From: Candidatus Zhuqueibacterota bacterium
Lineage (GTDB): Bacteria; Electryoneota; RPQS01
NCBI GenBank assembly: GCA_016214895.1
Contig: JACRMR010000020.1
Coordinates: 41,812 to 105,811, forward strand
Direction: 5' to 3'
DNA: 64,000 nt
Below are positions 11,057 to 20,745 of this stretch, one piece after another (the stretch's first letter is position 1; every line of letters starts with the position of its first letter). A program made the translations under genes and the position numbers. A model generated the notes under the pieces. The model was not told the origin of the DNA and did not search any database. It saw only the letters and a list, made by a program, of their open reading frames with translations.

Positions 11057-12151
11057 CTACGCGGACTCGGCCGGCTGGTCGCCGTAGATCTCGGCGTAGA
11101 TTGCCAGCGTGGACTTCAGCAGCGCGGCGACTACGGGTCCGATCACGAAACCGAAGAATCCAAATGTTGCAATTCCGCCGATCGTACTCAGAAACACGAG
11201 CAGTTCGTGCAGATTGATTTCCCGTTTGACAAGTACGGGGCGCAGCAAGTTGTCAATATTGGCGATGGCGATCCAGCTCCAGAGAAAGAGACCGAGGCCC
11301 AGCCAGAATTTTCCGATCAACATGAGCAGGATCGCCGCCGGAAGCAGGATGATCTGCGCGCCGACAGCCGGTATCACCGACGCCACGGCCATCAAGACGG
11401 TCCAGAAGAACGGTGCGGGAATGCCGCAGATCCAAAACGCGATTCCCCCCATCGTCCCTTGCACGACCCCGATGATGCCCACCGCTTTCAGTGTAGCTTT
11501 GCTGGTGTCGAAGAAGTTCGCGATCAAGCGGCGTGATTGATTCTCCGTGAGCGGTAACACGCGGCGAACCCATTCCCCGAATCGCGCGGCATCGAGGTAG
11601 CAGAAAAAGAGCGTGTACAAGGTGACAAACAGCAGGACGGCGAATCGCGCCAGACCGCCGGCCGTACTCTGAACCAATCCGATCAGCGCCTGTCCCATCC
11701 ACGTCGCGAACTCATCAAATCGCGCGCTGAGATCGCCGACCTCGATGGGATAGTCAAAGATGTACAATCTTCCGGAGGCCGTAATTTCATTCAACCGGGC
11801 CTCAAATTCCGCCCGGTGCGGCTCGAACCACGCTTGGGCCCGATCCGCCAGCATGGCCGCATCCGACAGCATGATCAAGCCAATGGCGGTGAGCGGTACA
11901 ATGATAAACGCAATCGTCGTCAGAATCGATAGCCCGGCGGCAAGCTGATCGCGGTTGCGCGTGCGCCGCTTCCACCAGTGGAAGATCGGGACCGTGAAGA
12001 CCCACAGGATCATTCCCGCGATCACGCCGGGAATCAAGTCGGAGATGGTGAAGGTGAAGGCAACCAATAAGAGTCCCAGCAGCAACAATACGAATCTGCG
12101 TTGCTGCGGGTCGGCGGGCCGGGCAATTAGCTGCGGTTGAGATTCAGTCAT
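11057..12151 (-). CDS. AI-2E family transporter (PerM/UPF0118)
   Basis: 364 aa, about 8 TM helices; architecture and size typical of AI-2E. Confidence 0.55.
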   Translation of the reverse strand: MTESQPQLIARPADPQQRRFVLLLLGLLLVAFTFTISDLIPGVIAGMILWVFTVPIFHWWKRRTRNRDQLAAGLSILTTIAFIIVPLTAIGLIMLSDAAMLADRAQAWFEPHRAEFEARLNEITASGRLYIFDYPIEVGDLSARFDEFATWMGQALIGLVQSTAGGLARFAVLLFVTLYTLFFCYLDAARFGEWVRRVLPLTENQSRRLIANFFDTSKATLKAVGIIGVVQGTMGGIAFWICGIPAPFFWTVLMAVASVIPAVGAQIILLPAAILLMLIGKFWLGLGLFLWSWIAIANIDNLLRPVLVKREINLHELLVFLSTIGGIATFGFFGFVIGPVVAALLKSTLAIYAEIYGDQPAESA

Positions 12152-12238
12152 CGCCGCGAACGCCAGAAGCCCCAGCGCGGCTCGCGTTGGGGCTTGAGGA
12201 TGGTTAGTGCGCTCGAGTGACTAAATCCGCGCAACAAT

Positions 12239-12970
12239 CTAACGGCTGCTTTCCAATTCATCAATCCGCTGCCGCGCGACTCTCGACTCCTCGGACTGGG
12301 GGTACTGTTTTATGAGGCTCTCCCAGACCTTGCGCGCTTCGCCGGTTTGTTGATCGGCCCGGTAGCAAAGCCCGAGTTTCAGCATGGCCGCCGGGGCCTT
12401 GGGCCCCGCGGCATCCATGTCGATGACGCGCTGATACTGCTCGACGGCTTCGTCGTACTGCTTGCGCGCATAGTAGGTTTCGCCGAGGCCGTAGCGCGCG
12501 TCGTCCGCGAGGTCCGACTGCGGGTTGCTTTCGAGATATTGCAGGAATCCGACTTCAGCCAGATCGTAATTCCCCAGCGCCAGGTCCTTCTGTGCCGCGT
12601 CATAGTAATCGATACCGGAGCCGGAGTTCGAGCCGGTGGTTCCGGTGTCCTGCTGCTGCAACCACTCCTGCAGCGGAGCGAGCGAGCGGTCCATGCGTTG
12701 GACAATATCGTCCAACCGGGCCGCCAGTCCTTCCACCTTCTCTTCGAGAGTCGTGGAGCCATACTGCGACTGCGAAGTGTACGAGTGCAGGTCTGCGCCG
12801 AGCGTCTCCAGGGCCGCGGCCATGCGCTTGGTCTCGGCGCGCACGCTATCGAGTCCGCGTTCAATCTCCGCGTTCTGCTGCTGCAAATCGAAGAACTGTT
12901 TTCGCGACGCACAGCCGGTCACGGCCAGGGCTAACGCGAAGCACCCGATGATGATACGTTGAGTTTTCAT
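12239..12970 (-). CDS. cpoB: Tol-Pal system protein CpoB/YbgF (coiled coil + TPR)
   Basis: Internal Met MKTQRIIIGCFALALAVTGC (lipoprotein-like signal). N-terminal coiled coil then TPR repeats (YGLGETYYARKQYDEAVEQYQRVI...). Last gene of the tol-pal cluster. Confidence 0.65.
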   Translation of the reverse strand: MKTQRIIIGCFALALAVTGCASRKQFFDLQQQNAEIERGLDSVRAETKRMAAALETLGADLHSYTSQSQYGSTTLEEKVEGLAARLDDIVQRMDRSLAPLQEWLQQQDTGTTGSNSGSGIDYYDAAQKDLALGNYDLAEVGFLQYLESNPQSDLADDARYGLGETYYARKQYDEAVEQYQRVIDMDAAGPKAPAAMLKLGLCYRADQQTGEARKVWESLIKQYPQSEESRVARQRIDELESSR

Positions 12971-13105
12971 CTCTACCGATTCGGAACGGGTTGAGCGCCC
13001 GCCCGGGCTGCCATCCGCACACACTTCAAGCAGTTCGAGGGTCGAATCGACCCTCGAACGCATGTCTGCCGTCACCAACCGACCGCGCTCCCGCGCGCAG
13101 GCCGC

Positions 13106-13636
13106 TTACTTGGCGCGGAATTCCGCGCGGCGGTTGCGCGACCACGAGGACTCGGAATGCCCCGGATCCGCCGGACGCTCTTCGCCGTAACTAACGGTAC
13201 TGACACGACCGGCGGCGACGCCTTCGGCCACCAGCGCCTGCTTGGCGGCTGTCGCGCGACGCTCACCGAGCGCGAGGTTGTACTCGTTGGTGCCGCGTTC
13301 GTCGCAATGGCCTTCGATCGAGATGCTCCAGTCCGCCCATTTCTTGAAGATCTCTCCGTTGGTCTTGACTTTGTCGCGTTGATCGCCGCGAATTGCAGAC
13401 TGATCGTAGTCATAATATACGGTCTGAATACGCTGGCGATCCGCGTCCATTTGTGACTGCTGGTCGTCTCCGGAGGTGGTCGGCGTCTCCGGCTTGACTT
13501 CTTCAATGGCGGGCGGCGCTGTCACCTCTTCCGTCGTCTTGCGCGTTTTTTTCTTGCAGCCCGTCATCGAGATAGCCACGGCGAGTACGAACACGGCGAG
13601 CAGCGGAAGCAGGCGGGAGAGATTCTTCGGTTTCAT
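13106..13636 (-). CDS. pal: Peptidoglycan-associated lipoprotein Pal (OmpA domain)
   Basis: Lipobox ISMTGC. OmpA-like motif IEGHCDERGTNEYNLALGERRA. Confidence 0.8.
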   Translation of the reverse strand: MKPKNLSRLLPLLAVFVLAVAISMTGCKKKTRKTTEEVTAPPAIEEVKPETPTTSGDDQQSQMDADRQRIQTVYYDYDQSAIRGDQRDKVKTNGEIFKKWADWSISIEGHCDERGTNEYNLALGERRATAAKQALVAEGVAAGRVSTVSYGEERPADPGHSESSWSRNRRAEFRAK

Positions 13637-13707
13637 GGTGTCTCCACAAGAAGTTGTTTTGGTATGTTAGGTGATGAAATCAAACTTGGTGACGCTCGAA
13701 AGGCAGT

Positions 13708-15045
13708 TCAATTCTCGGCGGCGAAGTTCAGCGCGGGTCCCCATTGCGGCTGGGACGCATCGAGGCCGAAGCTCAACTGCCGCGCTCCGGTGCCGTCCCA
13801 GTTGCACGCCCAAATGGCTGATTTTCCGCCCTGCACCGAGGTATAGCATATTTTCATTCCGTCCGGCGACCAGCTCGGGTCGAGATTAGACCCGGGATCG
13901 GTGACGCGGCGCTCGCTGCCGTTGTCGAGCGCGATAGTGAAGATCTGAAAACCGATTTCGCGGCTTGCGAAAGCGATCAAGTCACCGCGGGGAGACCAGC
14001 GCGCGGTTTCGTTGTAGTTCCCGGCATACGTGAGCCGCTGCACGCTGGCGCCGTCCACATCCATCCGGTAGATTTGCGGTCCGCCCGCGCGGTCGGAGGT
14101 AAACACGAGTTCGCGTCCGGTCGGCGCCCACGACGGCGAAGTATCGATCCCGTAGCTGATCGTAACTTGCGATTTGCCGCTGCCGTCGGGATGCACGAGA
14201 TAGATTTCGGAGTTACCGTCGGCGGACGAGCTATAGGCGATCCAGTTACCGTCCGGCGAGCAAGCGGGCGCGCTGTCCACTCGCGGCGAAGCGATAAACG
14301 GCGCGCTTTTGCCGTTCGCCATATTCAGTTTGTAAATGTCGGCGTTGCCGCCCTTGAAGCTGGTATAATAGAGCGCTTGGCCGTCCGGCGCCCACGTCGG
14401 AGAGAAGTTCACATTGTTATCACGGGTCAGCGTGCGCGGATTGGCGCCATCCCAGTCCATGGTCCACAGCTCCTTGGTCGAGCCCGTCTTGACGACGAAC
14501 ACGATCTTGGACGTGAACGCGCCGTCCTCCCCGGTGAGCATCTTGGTGATCCACGCCGCGATCTGGTGCGCGGCATTTCGCGCGTCATCGGCCTTGAACG
14601 GAAAATCCTGTCGGTGAATCGGTTCGACGATCGGCGGCTGATAGACGGCGATCGTGGCGGTGGCCTTGTCCCACCCGGCGTTGATCGTGCCGAACACGCG
14701 CGCCACTTGCATGCCGCCAAACGTCCGCAACGTGTCATTCTTTCCGTTCACGCGGCGGACTTGAATAACGGTGTCAGCGGGCAGATCCCCGGGCTCAATC
14801 AGATTGAAATAACCGCAGTAGGCCAGATCGCCTTTCACGAAGTCGTGCAGGATCACCGGAAGTTCGCCGGCGAAATCCGCGCTGCTGCCGGCCGTGAACG
14901 GCATCAGGACCACATTCAACCGGCCCACCGATGTGGTTTCGGTTCGCAACGTAACATTCTGCGAGAACGCGACCTTGATCATGAACGCCATCAAAATCAG
15001 CAAAGCCAGTCCACCGGACAAGTGCAGCAAGCTGGCGTGCCGCAT
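13708..15045 (-). CDS. tolB: Tol-Pal beta-propeller protein TolB
   Basis: Signal peptide from the internal Met (MRHASLL...). TolB N-domain then WD40-like PD40 repeats (SPDG..IAF/AYSS...G...IY). Confidence 0.85.
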   Translation of the reverse strand: MRHASLLHLSGGLALLILMAFMIKVAFSQNVTLRTETTSVGRLNVVLMPFTAGSSADFAGELPVILHDFVKGDLAYCGYFNLIEPGDLPADTVIQVRRVNGKNDTLRTFGGMQVARVFGTINAGWDKATATIAVYQPPIVEPIHRQDFPFKADDARNAAHQIAAWITKMLTGEDGAFTSKIVFVVKTGSTKELWTMDWDGANPRTLTRDNNVNFSPTWAPDGQALYYTSFKGGNADIYKLNMANGKSAPFIASPRVDSAPACSPDGNWIAYSSSADGNSEIYLVHPDGSGKSQVTISYGIDTSPSWAPTGRELVFTSDRAGGPQIYRMDVDGASVQRLTYAGNYNETARWSPRGDLIAFASREIGFQIFTIALDNGSERRVTDPGSNLDPSWSPDGMKICYTSVQGGKSAIWACNWDGTGARQLSFGLDASQPQWGPALNFAAEN

Positions 15046-15079
15046 CGCCCGATGCAAGGATCGAACGTAACGTCGCGGC

Positions 15080-15718
15080 TTAGCGTCCGGCTTTGGGATT
15101 GACCACGAATTCAAAGTTGATTCCTAACTCACCTTTCTCATATTGCGGCGGCAGCGGCGGGAATTTGCCCGCGAAGCGTACCGCTCGTTCCGCGGCCTGA
15201 TCCAGAAGCAGATTTCCGGACCCCTTGATCAACTCGATATTCGTGATCTTACCGTCGGACTGAATCACAAAACTCACGGTGGACATGTGTTGCGCTTTCG
15301 CGCCGGGCGGCGGCCGGAAGTTCTGTTCGATCTTTGACTGCACGACCGCCAGATAGAAATCGTACTCGAACCCCGGGTTTTGCAGCGTCAGCGTCCCGGC
15401 ATCGCTCTGCCGTTCGAGTTTTGGCTGCACCGCGCGCGGCGCCGGTTCGTCCGGCTCCGGCTTTTCGAGTTTCGGCAAGACTTTGTCTTTTTGCTTCTTT
15501 GGAACTTCGAGCGGCGGCGCTTTTTTTTCCGGCAGCACCTCTTGCTCTTTCGGTTCGGTTCGCTTAGGGGCGGCCTGCGGGGCGCTCGGTCGAACCAGTT
15601 TGACCGTCGTCGCGGTTGGCAGCGGTTTGTCTTTGATCCGCCCCGGCTGACTCGCCAGAATCAGCGCGACGATGAAGACGACATGCAGCCCAATGGAGCT
15701 AAAAAGAGGTCCGCGCAC
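15080..15718 (-). CDS. tolA: TolA/TonB-family energy transducer (tolA position)
   Basis: GTG start. N-terminal anchor helix, Pro/Lys/Glu-rich linker, and a TonB-C-like domain (GKITNIELIKGSGNLLLDQAAERAV). Confidence 0.55.
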   Translation of the reverse strand: MRGPLFSSIGLHVVFIVALILASQPGRIKDKPLPTATTVKLVRPSAPQAAPKRTEPKEQEVLPEKKAPPLEVPKKQKDKVLPKLEKPEPDEPAPRAVQPKLERQSDAGTLTLQNPGFEYDFYLAVVQSKIEQNFRPPPGAKAQHMSTVSFVIQSDGKITNIELIKGSGNLLLDQAAERAVRFAGKFPPLPPQYEKGELGINFEFVVNPKAGR

Positions 15719-15724
15719 GGCATT

Positions 15725-16189
15725 CTATCGTCTTCGACCATGCTTGGATTCGCCGGGTTCCGCGACCAACCCGAGATCAGCGACACCCGACAAACGCAAC
15801 GCATCGATCACGGTCAGCACTTTCGCGTAAGGGACATCCTTGTCCGCCTTCAGGAACACGGGCTGACCGGAATTGGCCTTGTAAACCTGATTAAACGCGG
15901 CGTCGAAGCCATCTTCGTCCACGGCGGCATCGTCGATCAGGATCTTGCCGCTCTTCTGCACAATGATGGTGATCCCGGTTTTCTCGCTGGGCTGCGCGGA
16001 CGCCGCCTGCGGGACCGAAATGTTCAGCGAACTCTGCATGATCGGAGCCGCGACCATGAAGATAATCAATAACACCAGCGTGACATCAACCAGGGACGTC
16101 ACGTTGATATCCGGAATCGGCGCGTAGGGAACCTTGAACTTCCCCTTGCGTCCTTTCGGCATGGATTGTTGCAGTGTCGGACCGCCCAT
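15725..16189 (-). CDS. tolR: Biopolymer transport protein TolR/ExbD
   Basis: ExbD/TolR pattern: single TM helix (VTSLVDVTLVLLIIFMV) plus periplasmic domain. Confidence 0.8.
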   Translation of the reverse strand: MGGPTLQQSMPKGRKGKFKVPYAPIPDINVTSLVDVTLVLLIIFMVAAPIMQSSLNISVPQAASAQPSEKTGITIIVQKSGKILIDDAAVDEDGFDAAFNQVYKANSGQPVFLKADKDVPYAKVLTVIDALRLSGVADLGLVAEPGESKHGRRR

Positions 16190-16190
16190 C

Positions 16191-16886
16191 TCAGGGCCTC
16201 GGTCTTACGACGGTGGCCGCGCTCTCGCGATCATTGCCCATGCGTTCGATGGCAAAGGCGAGATCATCCCCGAAGGCTTCGGCGCGTTCAGCTTCTTTGC
16301 GCAGCCAGGTCGAAATAAAATTGTAAGCGACGAGCGCGGGAATCGCCGCGAAGAGCCCGATCGCCGTGGCGACCAACGCTTCGGCGATCCCCGGCGCGAC
16401 GACGGCGATGTTCGCGCTGCCCCAAATCCCGATTCGCTGAAACGCGCTGATGATTCCCCACACCGTCCCCAACAGCCCCAGGAACGGTCCGGCCGAACTG
16501 CACGTCGCCAGAAACGGCAGAAAGCGCTCTGCGCGGTTCAGTTCGACGGCGGCGGCTCGGGCGAATTCGCGGCCAATAAGTTCGCTGTCGCGGGAGTCCT
16601 GGCCGCCACGCTCGATCAGTTCACGATGCACGTACAGGTAAGCACGCGCCACGATCGACGACGAGAAGCGTCGGGCTTCGCCGGCCAGGGACCGCGGATC
16701 GAACTGCGACCAGCGGTAGCGGTCGATGCCGGCATTCGCCCGCCGGACGCGGGCCATCAGCAGAAGCTTCTCTATGATAATGGTCCAGGACGCCACGGAC
16801 ATAGCTGCCAGGACCAGCAACACCAGTTTTGCAAACGGAGATGCGATCCAGACGAGTTCCCAGAGACCTCCCTGCTGCGGGGCCAT
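16191..16886 (-). CDS. tolQ: MotA/TolQ/ExbB proton-channel protein TolQ
   Basis: Three TM helices and the conserved MotA/TolQ/ExbB C-terminal region (GLLGTVWGIISAF). Confidence 0.85.
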   Translation of the reverse strand: MAPQQGGLWELVWIASPFAKLVLLVLAAMSVASWTIIIEKLLLMARVRRANAGIDRYRWSQFDPRSLAGEARRFSSSIVARAYLYVHRELIERGGQDSRDSELIGREFARAAAVELNRAERFLPFLATCSSAGPFLGLLGTVWGIISAFQRIGIWGSANIAVVAPGIAEALVATAIGLFAAIPALVAYNFISTWLRKEAERAEAFGDDLAFAIERMGNDRESAATVVRPRP

Positions 16887-16990
16887 CAGATACCTATTCT
16901 CTTTTTATTCAATAATTTACAACAGACGCCCCCGCAAGAGCGAGCTGTTCATTCCATGGCAATTGAATATAAGGCATTACCTGTTGTATG

Positions 16991-17284
16991 TCAAGTGATA
17001 TGCGGGGTTTCGGCGGGCGGCTCGGAGCCCGGCCGTGCGCGCTGCAACAGGGTAATTGGGCTGCATGCCTCTCCGAACGAGAGGACCGCCGCGACCGTGG
17101 TCAGCCGGGCGACGGCCATCAGATAGCACCAGATCGGCAGCTCGGTGTGGTGCACCCACGGAATCAGAACCGCCTGATTACGGTAAGGTTCGTAGTCCAG
17201 CTTGTTCAGTTTCTCGCGGAATTCCGTTTCACGGACAATGCCTTCACCGGCAAGATCGTCGAGGGGGAATTTGATCAGGGACAT
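16991..17284 (-). CDS. Hypothetical small protein
   Basis: Internal Met MSLIKFPLDDLAGEG... in the 16991..17491 frame; no assignable family. Confidence 0.3.
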   Translation of the reverse strand: MSLIKFPLDDLAGEGIVRETEFREKLNKLDYEPYRNQAVLIPWVHHTELPIWCYLMAVARLTTVAAVLSFGEACSPITLLQRARPGSEPPAETPHIT

Positions 17285-17306
17285 GAGCGGCGGGATGGGG
17301 GTGGGA

Positions 17307-17645
17307 CTAAGCGGATATTTCCGGTCGTACGAGTCTGAGGTCGAATTCGCGATCCGCGCGTTCCTCAAGGACGATGCGATCTCCCGGTCTGAGCTTGTGC
17401 TCGGCGGTGAATCGCATCCAGCCGTGCAGTTTCGAGCGATTGCGAATTTGCATTTTCGACCGCTCGATGTCCGTTTCGATGACGAACCCAAGATCGGTGC
17501 GCAGCTTCACCGGGACTCCGCGCTCACCTTCGGCGGCGAGCGCGTCGGCGGGAAATAGCTCGAGGAACTCGAATACGCTCAAGTAACGCTCGGTGAACCA
17601 CAGGTTCTCCGCGGTCACCAGGAGCTCAACGGATTGTCGGGACAC
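17307..17645 (-). CDS. Hypothetical small protein (possible pseudo-barrel/B3-like DNA-binding fold)
   Basis: 112 aa. Pattern VKLRTDLGFVIETDI...LRPGDRIVLEE..DREFDLRLV is suggestive only. Confidence 0.35.
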   Translation of the reverse strand: MSRQSVELLVTAENLWFTERYLSVFEFLELFPADALAAEGERGVPVKLRTDLGFVIETDIERSKMQIRNRSKLHGWMRFTAEHKLRPGDRIVLEERADREFDLRLVRPEISA

Positions 17646-17746
17646 GGGAATGGTCGAGGGAGAGAGTCAGAGAGATAAGCAAGGGTGGATGGCAAGCGGA
17701 CTCCCCGCGCTGGAGAGTCCGCCGCAAATAAGCTATGTACGGGGAC

Positions 17747-18070
17747 TCAGCTCGAGAAGCTTTGGCCGCAGCCGCAGGACTTCTTGGCGTTCGGGTTCTT
17801 GAATACGAAGCCCGATCCATTCAGCCCGTCCTCATAATCGATGGTGGTCCCGTTCAAGTAGAGGTAGCTGCGCGTGTCGCACACGAGCGTGACCCCATCC
17901 TGCGAGAAGATCTGATCGTCGTCGCCGGTCTGATTGTCAAACCCGAGCACGTACTTGAAACCGCTGCAACCGCCGCCGCGCACACCCATGCGCAGTTTCC
18001 AGTCAGCCTTTTCTTCCTTGGTCATGATCTCTTTGACCTTGCTCGCTGCGGTCGGGGAGAGATTAATCAT
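17747..18070 (-). CDS. erpA: A-type iron-sulfur cluster carrier (IscA/ErpA/HesB family)
   Basis: C-terminal CGCGQSF motif and a conserved Cys at about position 35. Confidence 0.85.
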   Translation of the reverse strand: MINLSPTAASKVKEIMTKEEKADWKLRMGVRGGGCSGFKYVLGFDNQTGDDDQIFSQDGVTLVCDTRSYLYLNGTTIDYEDGLNGSGFVFKNPNAKKSCGCGQSFSS

Positions 18071-18112
18071 GGTTGTCTTCCTTTTCTGTTTATCGGTATT
18101 CCGCGAGTGAAT

Positions 18113-19030
18113 TCAAGTTGAGCGGGCGCCACCTTGCATCAGCCGCTCCTGCGTCTCGGCCTTGTAAGAACTGCGCACAAGCGGACCGGCCTCGACGTGC
18201 CGGATGCCGAAGGATTTGCCCCACTCGGCATATTCGACAAAGCGATCGGGATGCACATACGCCATGACCGGCAAGTGTCGCGGGGAGGGCTGCAGATACT
18301 GACCGATCGTCACGAGACTGCACCCCACGTCGGCCAGGTCGCGCAGCACCTGCCGAACCTCCGCCGGAGTTTCGCCCAGCCCTACCATAATGCCGGACTT
18401 GCTGACCAGTCCGCGCTTGGCCGCGTGCCCCACGACCTGCAAGCTGCGCCAGTACTTTGCCTGCGGCCGCACCTGCAAGTGCAGGCGCGCCACGGTTTCC
18501 ATATTGTGCGCAAACACCTCCGGTTGCGCATCGAGCACGAGCTCGAGATGAGCAAGGTCCCCTTTGAAATCGGGTGTCAGCACCTCGACTTTGCAGTGCG
18601 GATTCAGCTCGTGTACGCGGCGGATGGTCTCCGCGAAGTGTGCCGCGCCGCCGTCCGGCAGCTCGTCGCGATCCACGGATGTGATGACGGTATAGCGCAA
18701 TCCCATCGCCTGAATCGCTTCGGCCGTGCGGATCGGTTCCAGCGCATCGAGCGGAAGCGGCCTGCCGGTTTTCACATTGCAGAATCCGCACGAGCGCGTG
18801 CAGGTATCGCCCATGATCATGATCGTCGCCGTTCCGCGACTCCAGCATTCGGCGCGATTTGGACACGCGGCCTCTTCGCACACCGTCGCCAGTCGTTGAC
18901 CGTGCACGATCTGTTTGACACCGTGAAACGCCTTCGTCTGACCCAGGCGAATCTTCAGCCAGTCCGGCCGCGGAACCCGCGCCTGCGATTGTGTATCTGC
19001 TTCCAGCAATGGAAGCTCAGTCAGCGCCAT
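18113..19030 (-). CDS. lipA: Lipoyl synthase
   Basis: CEEAACPNRAEC auxiliary-cluster motif and the radical-SAM CTRSCGFC motif. Confidence 0.9.
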   Translation of the reverse strand: MALTELPLLEADTQSQARVPRPDWLKIRLGQTKAFHGVKQIVHGQRLATVCEEAACPNRAECWSRGTATIMIMGDTCTRSCGFCNVKTGRPLPLDALEPIRTAEAIQAMGLRYTVITSVDRDELPDGGAAHFAETIRRVHELNPHCKVEVLTPDFKGDLAHLELVLDAQPEVFAHNMETVARLHLQVRPQAKYWRSLQVVGHAAKRGLVSKSGIMVGLGETPAEVRQVLRDLADVGCSLVTIGQYLQPSPRHLPVMAYVHPDRFVEYAEWGKSFGIRHVEAGPLVRSSYKAETQERLMQGGARST

Positions 19031-19036
19031 CTGGTC

Positions 19037-20695
19037 TCACTCGGTAGCCGATGTAACAATGTAAAAGCGCGGAATCCCCGGCACGATCCCGGTGGAATCG
19101 AGATAGGTCGTATCCGTGGTGCTCCCTTCAAAGGTCTCAAACGGCGTTTCGGGATTCACGCTGGAATAAACTTTGTACAGCGGTTGATTCTCCGAATTCC
19201 AGATCAACCGGACAAACTCGTTTTCCGGATGAATCACCAGAGCGGTTGGCGGCGGCATCATCGGCGGCGGGGTAATGCGGAACCAATTCGCGTAAGAATC
19301 GCCGGTGTCATTGCGCAAGTCCACCCAGCACGCATAGAATCCGTCAGCACTGAAGGTCGTGCCGTTGTAGTCACCAAGAAACGTGCTGGTCGTCGGATCG
19401 CTCACGGCATCGCTGATCGGGAAGTTCGGCTCCCATGTGACCCCGCCGTCCGTCGAGATAGATCCGTAAGCCTTGTACGTGCAATTGGCGGGATCATCCC
19501 GGGTGTCGAGCCAGGCGATTCCGATGTCGCCCGTCGCTGGATTAACGCTCATCCAGTGAAACCACTGCCAGTGACCGGTAATGTCGTCTTCGACGTGCAC
19601 CGGCGGCGTCCAGTTGGTACCGCCGTCTTGCGAACTGATGAACAGGACATCAGGGTTGCCGCTGCTGCAGTCCACCCAACTGCAGTAGAGCCAGCCACGG
19701 CGCGGACCATCTGAAATATCGCAGCCCACGACCGGATATCCTTCGACTCGCCAGGTCCCGCACCCCGGCGTGGGAAACGCATTATTGAAATTGGCAATCG
19801 TATGATCGAGATGCCAAGTATCTCCGCCGTCCAGCGAATAGTCCAGCTTGATCGTGTTGGTCGAGTAGCTGTTCCACACGGCGTAGATCTCGCCGTTGGG
19901 ACCTACGGTAGGACAGGAAAACTGGGTACTGGTCCCTCCGGAAATCTGAACTGGAGTGGAAAACGACGCACCGCCTGTGGTTGACCTGGCAAAGTAGATC
20001 ACGGACCCGCCGGTCGCACGGAACTTCGTCCACGTCACATAGTAATTGTCAAGGTACGGCGAGCCCACACTGTAGTCACTACAAGCGTAAGGCTTGTCTT
20101 CAAAGTCCGGAGTTCCGCCGCCCACATGTTCCAGGACCGGGACCGGCGCGGCCCACGTCGCGCCGCTGTCCACTGACGTTTGCGAATAGATACCGTTATC
20201 GACGCCGGGGTCGCGGTCAAACGCGATGTAAAGCGCGTAGAGTCTTCCGCTGAGATCAGCGCTGGCAACCGGGTCGCCGGCCGCATCGTAACTCCCCACG
20301 GGTCCGCGCGTGACCAGTGCATCGGTGAAAGTCAGTCCGCCGTCCACCGTGCGGTAGAAGCCGCCCGAGGCATCGCCGTTTCGATAATCGTTGGCGCCGG
20401 TCAACACGATGCCCGGATTGAGCGGGCTGGCGGCGGCCGTCATTTCGTTCTGGCGGCTGCCGAACGGATCTTGATTGCAGCGGACGTTCGCACCCACATC
20501 GTCGAGGCTCCGGACTTGACGACGCTCGCTGACCGGGGGATAGAGCACCACTCCGGAGATCGGCACGCCCGCGCGCACTTGCAGTTCGAGTGCCCGCGTG
20601 GACACTCGTCGCTCCGCGCCATTTGCCGACCCCGCACTCGATCCAAGTAACAGCGAACACAGACAACAACACATCAACGCGCAAAGTCTAATCAT
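19037..20695 (-). CDS. Secreted BNR/Asp-box repeat protein (sialidase-like beta-propeller) with a C-terminal FN3-like domain
   Basis: Signal peptide. At least 5 Asp-box motifs (SVDSGATW, SLDGGDTW, SQDGGTNW, STDGGVTW, TVDGGLTF). Confidence 0.6.
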   Translation of the reverse strand: MIRLCALMCCCLCSLLLGSSAGSANGAERRVSTRALELQVRAGVPISGVVLYPPVSERRQVRSLDDVGANVRCNQDPFGSRQNEMTAAASPLNPGIVLTGANDYRNGDASGGFYRTVDGGLTFTDALVTRGPVGSYDAAGDPVASADLSGRLYALYIAFDRDPGVDNGIYSQTSVDSGATWAAPVPVLEHVGGGTPDFEDKPYACSDYSVGSPYLDNYYVTWTKFRATGGSVIYFARSTTGGASFSTPVQISGGTSTQFSCPTVGPNGEIYAVWNSYSTNTIKLDYSLDGGDTWHLDHTIANFNNAFPTPGCGTWRVEGYPVVGCDISDGPRRGWLYCSWVDCSSGNPDVLFISSQDGGTNWTPPVHVEDDITGHWQWFHWMSVNPATGDIGIAWLDTRDDPANCTYKAYGSISTDGGVTWEPNFPISDAVSDPTTSTFLGDYNGTTFSADGFYACWVDLRNDTGDSYANWFRITPPPMMPPPTALVIHPENEFVRLIWNSENQPLYKVYSSVNPETPFETFEGSTTDTTYLDSTGIVPGIPRFYIVTSATE

Positions 20696-20745
20696 GATGT
20701 ACTCCGTTCAGGAATGGTTATCCTGAAGCTTAAGGTTCTTCGCAC

